Shown here piece by piece: positions 57,756 through 64,000 of a stretch of 64,000 bases of DNA. The stretch lies in the sequence record AP018399.1; one strand, given 5' to 3'. The notes below the pieces were generated by a model. It saw only the letters and a list, made by a program, of their open reading frames with translations. It was not told the origin of the DNA and did no database searches. The first letter of the stretch is position 1. Each line of letters starts with the position of its first letter. Position numbers and translations under genes: made by a program.

Positions 57756-58595
57756 ATGAAGTTGACGGCACAGACCTCCGGGCAGAACATTCTGCAACAC
57801 GGTCTATCGGTGTTTCGGTACACCAACAAGCTACTGAACAAGGATTTTGAAGGATTCCGCCTACCGCAATGGTGGGGCCAGTATGAAGAGGCTATCTACG
57901 CCAATCTTCATGACTTCAAGACCATCAAGCATTACACGATTTGGCATGACATTGGCAAGCCTTTCTGTCTTGAAATCGACAGCGAGGGTAAGCGCCATTT
58001 CCCTAACCATGCCCAAAAATCCAAAGAAATCTGGGATTCCCTGTTTCCGGACCGGAAGGACGAGTCGCGGCTGATTGCCCACGACATGGCGTTCCATACC
58101 ATGTCCGCAGAGGATATCCTTGGCCTTGGACTGTCTACGAAAGACCTTTGCACCCTGATGCTGGCTTCGCTTGCGGAGCTTCATTCGAATGCAAATATGT
58201 TCGGTGGAATCGAATCGGATTCCTTCAAGATTAAGTTCAAGAAGTGGAGCAAGACGGCTCAACGTATCTGCGACAAGCTGTTCAACCATGCGTATATGTA
58301 CGTGCTGGTGCGAAACGACTTGTCGAAGGCTCAGCAGGCCGTGCAGTCCGCCCACGCTGCCATTGAATCGTCCCGCAACTACCTTGCCTCCGGCGACGAA
58401 CACCCGTCCGTGATTATCTGTTCCGTGAAGAGCGAACAGAAGCTACTCATGTGCGCGGATGAGTTCAAGGAGAAGGGTATCGACTTCCAGATTTTCCGTG
58501 AGCCGGATATCGGCAATCAAGCAACCGCACTGGCCTCCCGTCCGCTCCGTGGACAGGAACGTACAGCCTTTGCCCGATTCCAGCTAATGCAGTAA
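57756..58595 (+). CDS. HD-domain protein fused to a peptidyl-tRNA hydrolase II-like domain
   Basis: H..WHDIGKP...HFPNHA...HD (CCA-enzyme-type HD); MYVLVRNDLS..QQAVQSAHA...FREPDIGNQ.TA. Confidence 0.75.
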   Translation: MKLTAQTSGQNILQHGLSVFRYTNKLLNKDFEGFRLPQWWGQYEEAIYANLHDFKTIKHYTIWHDIGKPFCLEIDSEGKRHFPNHAQKSKEIWDSLFPDRKDESRLIAHDMAFHTMSAEDILGLGLSTKDLCTLMLASLAELHSNANMFGGIESDSFKIKFKKWSKTAQRICDKLFNHAYMYVLVRNDLSKAQQAVQSAHAAIESSRNYLASGDEHPSVIICSVKSEQKLLMCADEFKEKGIDFQIFREPDIGNQATALASRPLRGQERTAFARFQLMQ

Positions 58596-58599
58596 CCCA

Positions 58600-59283
58600 A
58601 TGGAGATAACCATGAATCGTGAAAAACTACTTGAATACTTTGAACAGAGCCTTGTCATGAACGTCGCAGTGGACGACAAGGAAGAGGAAGCTGCCGGTGA
58701 CCGACTGGACCGAATCTGGTACCACGAGTTCACCGAGAACGAACGTCGCCTTGTCAATTTGCTTCTAAAAGAAGCCTACCGCTCAGGCGAGAAAGTTACA
58801 CCGAAACACGCTATCAAGCAAATCATCGCAAAACTACAGGAGAAACCCGTCATGATGAATGTATTTGAAAACAAAGAAGATTACCTAAAGCTCCGCGACT
58901 TCTGGAAGACCTTCCACGCTGAGAAGAAGTACGCTGCGGTCCCGAAGGAATTCACCCGCTTCGATTACGGTCAGCGTAAGTCCGTGGTCGCAGGATACCA
59001 CATGGTATCGCCGCTGGAATTCCGTCATCACCTTGTCTACTTGGCCGCTGTGGGACGTGACATGGAGAAGGGTACGAAGGGTATGTGGCTAAGCACCATC
59101 GAAGGTATCCGCTCGGACCTGAGCTTTGTGCGCAACCGTCCGGCTGACCTCAAGAAGTATTGGTTTGAGTTGTTCGGTGATGCGATTGACGAGAAGTATT
59201 ACGGCGTTATCGCGGACCGCATCAAGGACTTCTTCGACGGCCAGTACGAGTCCTTCAAGGCCAATGGATGGAAGCGTCCATAA
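58600..59283 (+). CDS. Hypothetical protein
   Basis: 227 aa following the HD-Pth gene. Confidence 0.75.
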   Translation: MEITMNREKLLEYFEQSLVMNVAVDDKEEEAAGDRLDRIWYHEFTENERRLVNLLLKEAYRSGEKVTPKHAIKQIIAKLQEKPVMMNVFENKEDYLKLRDFWKTFHAEKKYAAVPKEFTRFDYGQRKSVVAGYHMVSPLEFRHHLVYLAAVGRDMEKGTKGMWLSTIEGIRSDLSFVRNRPADLKKYWFELFGDAIDEKYYGVIADRIKDFFDGQYESFKANGWKRP

Positions 59284-59287
59284 GAGA

Positions 59288-59308
59288 AAGGGGAGCTAAG
59301 CTCCCCTT
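59288..59308. terminator. Bidirectional hairpin terminator
   Basis: AAGGGGAGC-TAA-GCTCCCCTT flanked by A/T runs, between convergent genes. Confidence 0.8.
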
Positions 59309-59312
59309 TTCT

Positions 59313-60131
59313 TTACGCAATCTCAACTGAACTACCACATTCATGGCAGAACTTTGCTACTTGACGCACACTCGTCCCGCACATGCTACAACGCTTGAGC
59401 CGAGTCACCGTAACGGGTTTGGTCACTTCCTGCTGGCCTTCCACCAGACCCTTTAGCTGCATTGTTAGGACGTGCTTGACGCCATCGCCAATGAACATAC
59501 CAGCCGGTGTGAACTTCTGCTCCTGAATCGAACCGGGAGCCGTGATACCTGCTGAGTTCTTGGCGACTGCACGGGCAGTCTGTGGAGCCACGCTGGAAAC
59601 TACTTGAGAATAGTACGCATGGTTGTCACCCAACGAAGCCTGACCATCATGGATGGAGTCTTCGAAAGAATTGCTGGTGTACGTCCATGAAGTATCCCCG
59701 ATGCCGCGATAGGTTCCGCCGTAACCGAACGGGTCATACGGCTTGGCCGGAGTGATAGAACCTTGGATACGGTTCTGCCAATCTGATTCGAATTCGTACT
59801 CGACGGTGATTAGCCCGTCTTCCGCACGATTACCACGATGCTTCTCAATCTTCTCGGTCTTTTCAATGAACTTAAATGCATTACCAGCGTCCAGATTGCC
59901 ATTCTTGATGAATCGCTTTAGGTCGATGGAGTCATGGGGGTCGATGATAAGACTCTTTCCGTCTAGGGCGTCCTGACCGTCAATCTTGACGTGGACCTTG
60001 ACTTTCTTGCGGAAGAGATTCTTTAGAAGGATGCTATACTCGGTTCCGAACGGAAGATAGACGGTATCGTCAAATTCACGCAAAACCTTACCACTGGCTT
60101 TAACAGCCACAACGAAGTTGTTCTTAAACAT
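59313..60131 (-). CDS. Hypothetical protein with C-terminal zinc ribbon
   Basis: FVVAVK..GKVLRE...YLPFG.EYSILLKN; CSMC...CHECG; AAGGA RBS before ATG 60131. Confidence 0.75.
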   Translation of the reverse strand: MFKNNFVVAVKASGKVLREFDDTVYLPFGTEYSILLKNLFRKKVKVHVKIDGQDALDGKSLIIDPHDSIDLKRFIKNGNLDAGNAFKFIEKTEKIEKHRGNRAEDGLITVEYEFESDWQNRIQGSITPAKPYDPFGYGGTYRGIGDTSWTYTSNSFEDSIHDGQASLGDNHAYYSQVVSSVAPQTARAVAKNSAGITAPGSIQEQKFTPAGMFIGDGVKHVLTMQLKGLVEGQQEVTKPVTVTRLKRCSMCGTSVRQVAKFCHECGSSVEIA

Positions 60132-60226
60132 TTGATTTTCCTTAAGGCTCACCACCTAAGAGCCTAGTTAGTAAAGGTGGTTTGGGTATGATACCCGAAC
60201 TTATTTAGTATTGCAAGCCCATAAAT

Positions 60227-60254
60227 GAAAAGGGAGCCTTTCGGCTCCCTTTTC
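60227..60254 (-). terminator. Intrinsic terminator after the sheath gene
   Basis: Minus strand GAAAAGGGAGCC-GAAA-GGCTCCCTTTTC. Confidence 0.85.
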
Positions 60255-60271
60255 TGTCTTGCTCAATCGTC

Positions 60272-62416
60272 TTACTGACCGACTGTGATTGCACGTCCTG
60301 TACCAATGTCCGTACCAGTGTTGACGATGCGGATTGTTGTGTAGATGAATTCCACCACCTTGGTAGGCTTGATGGCTAGGTCTACTAGCAATTCGTTGTT
60401 GTCAACGTTCTGCGGAGTGTTGTTCGTGTCGTCAACGATTGTGGCGAAGTCGTACAGGGCACGACGGTTCACAAGGTCAAGACAGAAGTTGTCCACAGCG
60501 TACTTCACGTTCTTACGTGTAATGTCGTCGTTCGGTTCGAATAGGTACGCGAATAGAGCCTTACGGATTTCGCGCTTCATGAACTTCACTAGACGGCTCA
60601 CGTTTACGCGGTCCATAGCCGAAGTGATAGGTGAAGTTGTCTTCTGGCCTAGCACAAGGATACCACGACCCGGAATGAACGTGATTGGGTTGATGTTCTT
60701 AGGAGCTTCGTATAGTTCATCACGCTCGCCAGTGTTTAGGTAAGCAGAAGTGAACACAGTCGGACCACCTAGGGCACCAGACACATAACCAACGTCAGTT
60801 AGGAACTCACAGCGACCGCGTGAAGTACCAGCCGGGGCGAACCATAGCTCGGCTTCTGCGTCGTTGTATGCATACACACGTAGAGCCGACGAACCAGCCG
60901 TGGTCATGATGTTCTTACCGTCGATGTTTGACGAGATACCGTGACCGTAGTAGTACGCGATGTTCGGTGATGTAGCACGGGCCGGAGTACGTGCCCAAGT
61001 GTTGATGCCGTTCGGACCAGTCGGTGGCTTATCGAATGGAGTTTCGCCGATGACGAAGACTTCTTCTAGCATGTCGGTTGACAAGCGTAGTAGTTCGTCC
61101 GCACATTCGAAGTAACCCGGAGCGATAGCTAGGTTGTACTCTAGGTCTTCACCACGAGCGCCGTTGTTCGGGCTGTTGATTGTAGCCTGTAGGGCTTCAA
61201 CAATCTTGGCACGACGTTCTGCGTCGTTGGTACCGATTGAAGTGTCAGCACGGAATTCCTTCGTGTTATCGAAGTCAGCCGCAGCAGCTAGAAGTAGACC
61301 TTCCGCTTCATTTGGTGTGAATTCGTCAATCACGATTGAGCCTGAGTGCCAGTCGTTGATTAGAGCCTGTAGACCGTCGTATGTTCCAACGATAGTTGTG
61401 AAGCTGTCATCATAAACGATTAGCGGGTTCGGACCCTGACCGTTGATTGGAGTAGCTAGACGCTGGTATAGAGCTAGGTTGGCGAATAGAGGTAGTGAAC
61501 CGCTAGTTGCACCGTCCTGCACGATATCGACAGCCGAAGTTGCACCGGCTAGCGAGCTTTCGATACGTAGACGACCACCAACGAAGGCAGCAGTACCGGC
61601 AGCACCGAAAGTGGTGTTTAGCTTGTTGATTAGAGCGCCGAAAGTCACAGCTTCCGAACCTAGTAGTGAAACAGTGAACGTCTGAACGCCTGCACCAGAA
61701 GTGATGCTGACAGCAGCCGAGTAACGTGTTTCTAGCTCTAGGCCAGTGATATCGGCTGGGGTTAGGAAACCACCAGACGTGTCGAAGATAACGTCCTGAT
61801 AACCAGCCTGATTGATGGTGTGGTCATAGTCGAAGTCAACGAAGAACTGGTCGCTGCTGAATGAAGAGCTAGCGTAAACCGGAGCCATAGCTTCGGCAAC
61901 TAGGTCAGTTAGTTCAGCGGCAGTTACAGTCTGCTTGTAGTCTGGGTCTGATGGGAATAGCTGGTTGGCGTTGTTGTAGGCTTCGATGTAGTCAGCCACA
62001 AGAACGTTTAGTAGGTCAGCAGAGTCAGCAACCTTACGCTGCCACATGGCCTTGATATCCACATAGCTGTCGTTGTTGTTGATGTTTGCACGGATAACGT
62101 ATGCACGATTGCCGACTTCAAGATACTTTAGAAGAGCATCTAGGCCGTATTCGTTACGGGCATCACCGTGGTGCGGTAGACCGTCAGCAGAAGTGTAGAA
62201 CTTCGGCACGCCGTATAGTTCTAGAGCCTGCTTGGTTGAGGTCACAACACGTAGAACGTTTGCTTCATAGGTACCAAGAGCCGGAGTTACGCCGTCTTCC
62301 TGAGTCTTCTCCGCAGCAGTAGCGATGAAGATGATAGGAACGGTCGCAGCACGGCCGGGGATGTATACGCTTTCATCAACAATGTTGACTTCTACGCCGG
62401 GTGAAATGAGAGCCAT
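60272..62416 (-). CDS. gp18: Tail sheath protein
   Basis: LISPGVEVNIVDES, WFAPAG..RG, RDELY...INPI, GQKT....SAMDRVNVSRL, YLFEPND..TR. Confidence 0.95.
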   Translation of the reverse strand: MALISPGVEVNIVDESVYIPGRAATVPIIFIATAAEKTQEDGVTPALGTYEANVLRVVTSTKQALELYGVPKFYTSADGLPHHGDARNEYGLDALLKYLEVGNRAYVIRANINNNDSYVDIKAMWQRKVADSADLLNVLVADYIEAYNNANQLFPSDPDYKQTVTAAELTDLVAEAMAPVYASSSFSSDQFFVDFDYDHTINQAGYQDVIFDTSGGFLTPADITGLELETRYSAAVSITSGAGVQTFTVSLLGSEAVTFGALINKLNTTFGAAGTAAFVGGRLRIESSLAGATSAVDIVQDGATSGSLPLFANLALYQRLATPINGQGPNPLIVYDDSFTTIVGTYDGLQALINDWHSGSIVIDEFTPNEAEGLLLAAAADFDNTKEFRADTSIGTNDAERRAKIVEALQATINSPNNGARGEDLEYNLAIAPGYFECADELLRLSTDMLEEVFVIGETPFDKPPTGPNGINTWARTPARATSPNIAYYYGHGISSNIDGKNIMTTAGSSALRVYAYNDAEAELWFAPAGTSRGRCEFLTDVGYVSGALGGPTVFTSAYLNTGERDELYEAPKNINPITFIPGRGILVLGQKTTSPITSAMDRVNVSRLVKFMKREIRKALFAYLFEPNDDITRKNVKYAVDNFCLDLVNRRALYDFATIVDDTNNTPQNVDNNELLVDLAIKPTKVVEFIYTTIRIVNTGTDIGTGRAITVGQ

Positions 62417-62517
62417 TTGAGATTTCTCCTAAAATAATGGAATCGAACTTATTTATTGAATATGTTCAAAACCCCTAAAATATAGGAGAAAAAAGTGGCA
62501 GAAGGATAAATAGCGCC

Positions 62518-63327
62518 TTAGTTGGGCGGTATGTCGAGTTTGTCCACATCCACTAGTGTTTCGTACTCATCCGGAGCGCCCGGAACGTCTTCTAGCTTGA
62601 ATAGTTCGAAGCTGTCAGTACGAGCCAATTCTGAAATACGAAGCTTGATTTTCTTGATGTAGTTGTCACGAACGTTGACCGGTGGCGACAAGTAGCACAG
62701 AACCTTGAACTGTAGGTTCGTGGTGATGATACGGCGGTCAGCTTCGCTAGGGTACGGAGTCTCTAGTCCGACGCTCACCAATTCGACGTGAGTAATCTTC
62801 GTCCAGTCGTTGTAACCGTCCGAAATCTGAATCTGTAGGTCCGGGTTGAACAGAAGTAGAATCTGCTCAAGCATCTGCTGATGCTGATATTCGTTAGTTG
62901 CCAGAATAGCCGCTTCCATAGTTAGGAAGTACGGGAACGGCATGTATTTGTAAACTACCTTACCGTCGTCCGGCAAAGTACCACCAACCGGGAACACCGT
63001 GTTACGAGCCTGCTGATTGCTACCCTTTACGTAATCGAATGCTGGTTCCATGCCTAGCATGTTGGTCGCAATAACCGGGGCACGTACCGGCTTGTTCTGG
63101 GTGTTGCCAGCCAGAATCGAAGCCACTACACGGTCCATTGAACCAATCTTGACGGGAACAGTCATCAAGTTCGTCTGCTGTTCGTAGTCATTCTTACCCA
63201 CGGCTACTTGCAGTTCGGAGAAGATAGCCGCGAACTGAATCTGTAGCTTTCGAATTTGACCCGTGTAAAAGTAGTTGTCAAGCGACTTTGAGTATTGGGT
63301 ATTCTTGTAGGTACTTAGATTGGTCAT
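62518..63327 (-). CDS. gp15: Tail sheath stabiliser/terminator (gp15-like)
   Basis: YFY.GQIRK...QF..IFS, VPV..G...R, MP.PY.LT.E..I......Q.LEQIL.LFNP. Confidence 0.8.
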   Translation of the reverse strand: MTNLSTYKNTQYSKSLDNYFYTGQIRKLQIQFAAIFSELQVAVGKNDYEQQTNLMTVPVKIGSMDRVVASILAGNTQNKPVRAPVIATNMLGMEPAFDYVKGSNQQARNTVFPVGGTLPDDGKVVYKYMPFPYFLTMEAAILATNEYQHQQMLEQILLLFNPDLQIQISDGYNDWTKITHVELVSVGLETPYPSEADRRIITTNLQFKVLCYLSPPVNVRDNYIKKIKLRISELARTDSFELFKLEDVPGAPDEYETLVDVDKLDIPPN

Positions 63328-63341
63328 AGTTCAAATATTTA

Positions 63342-64000
63342 TTAGGCACATTCGTTGTCAATACCACCACAACGGCAACCGTTGAAGATTGGAGTACAGT
63401 TCATTGGGCATCCGCAGTTGTCTTCAACTGTGCCACCACAGCCCTGATTTGGTCCGCACTGTGTTCCACCGCCACCCGAAGGCGTCTGTGTAGGTGTGGC
63501 CGAAGGTGCCGGAGTGTTGGATGGAGCCGGAGTGTTGGATGGAGCCGGAGTATTCGAAGGTGCTGGCGTCTGTGTACGTGTTGGTGTCACTGGCGGCGTT
63601 GGTGATGGAGTCACAGCGGCCGTTCGTGTCGGTGTAGCAGTTACCGGTGGGGTCGGTGATGGAGTACGGGTACGTGTCACCGATGGAGTCACCGAAATTG
63701 TTGGAGTAACGCTTGGGGTCACTGTCGCGGTACGGGTCACTGTTGGAGTTACCGTGGCCGTTACAGATGGTGTTGGTGTGTATGTTCTTGTTGGAGTACG
63801 TGTAACCGTTGGAGTCGGCGAAGCCGTCGCTGTTGGGGTAAGCGTTACTGTTGGTGAAACTGTAGCCGTCACGGTAGGAGTAATCGTCTGAGTTACAGCC
63901 GGAGTTGCGGTTGGGCTAGCAGTGGTCGTCACGGTAGGAGTAATCGTAGCCGTGACCGATGGTGTAACCGTTGGAGTTACACCAGAAGTTGGAGTCACAG
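63342..64000 (-). CDS. Partial Thr/Pro-rich (mucin-like) protein ending in an 8-Cys mini-domain
   Basis: At least 170 aa of TPTVT repeats, (TPAPSN)x3, GGGG linker, CGPNQGC...CGC..NC...GCRC...EC; open to the window edge. Confidence 0.8.
   Translation of the reverse strand, partial: VTPTSGVTPTVTPSVTATITPTVTTTASPTATPAVTQTITPTVTATVSPTVTLTPTATASPTPTVTRTPTRTYTPTPSVTATVTPTVTRTATVTPSVTPTISVTPSVTRTRTPSPTPPVTATPTRTAAVTPSPTPPVTPTRTQTPAPSNTPAPSNTPAPSNTPAPSATPTQTPSGGGGTQCGPNQGCGGTVEDNCGCPMNCTPIFNGCRCGGIDNECA

Larger units (their letters stand above)
5442..63341. promoter_or_regulatory. Dispersed T4-type late promoters (TAAATA core); span runs from first to last copy
   Basis: Plus: 7288, 13959, 14361, 17335, 27823, 29218, 37619, 40062, 52294, 57677; minus: 5442, 7250, 36117, 38700, 48328, 51589, 52265, 60202, 62450, 63336; each shortly upstream of a same-strand start. 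Confidence 0.8.

Noticed and set aside
62485-62512. Plus-strand AGGAG + GTG GCA GAA GGA TAA micro-ORF and TAAATA at 62507
   Set aside because: No plus-strand gene follows; AT-rich intergenic sequence can give this by chance
213-63891. Numerous 60-180-aa ORFs antisense to or nested in long genes (e.g. 2862..3410, 8282..8758, 22301..22741, 39518..40000, 45772..46254, 57861..58403, 63496..63891)
   Set aside because: Shadow frames of real genes; no RBS or promoter and no recognisable motifs; the Val/Gly-rich ones are the reverse of PT tracts
1-64000. Genome-wide UAG reassignment (code 15)
   Set aside because: ORFs up to 3313 aa are uninterrupted under code 11; no genes are fragmented by TAG

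Overview
64 kb of a large (probably jumbo) contractile-tailed dsDNA phage distantly related to the T4 supergroup, roughly 50% GC and densely coding. It holds (i) a baseplate/tail block (gp26/gp51/gp53/hub/gp5 spike/M23/gp25/gp6, a 3313-aa wedge-like protein, gp4, two tube-fold genes, sheath gp18, gp15); (ii) replication genes (DinG/Rad3-like helicase, RuvC, RNase H, probable clamp, family-B polymerase); (iii) a cluster of six glycosyltransferase-like genes plus a NodU/CmcH carbamoyltransferase; and (iv) an early accessory block (RNA ligase, NadE-like, YqeY, HD plus Pth2-like fusion). Best candidate for an undescribed system: mucin-type glycosylation of the virion. A GT60-type polypeptide GlcNAc transferase, HtrL-type, GT-A and GT9 enzymes and a carbamoyltransferase-HtrL fusion lie beside, and are partly translationally coupled to, structural genes, three of which carry Thr/Pro mucin-like tracts. 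Other strong oddities: an in-frame AUG-AAG-UAG minigene gating the Pth-like gene although none of about 60 genes ends in UAG, a ~640-nt highly structured non-coding region upstream of the helicase, and apparent absence of GATC and CCWGG. All family calls are from motif recognition by eye; no database search was run.
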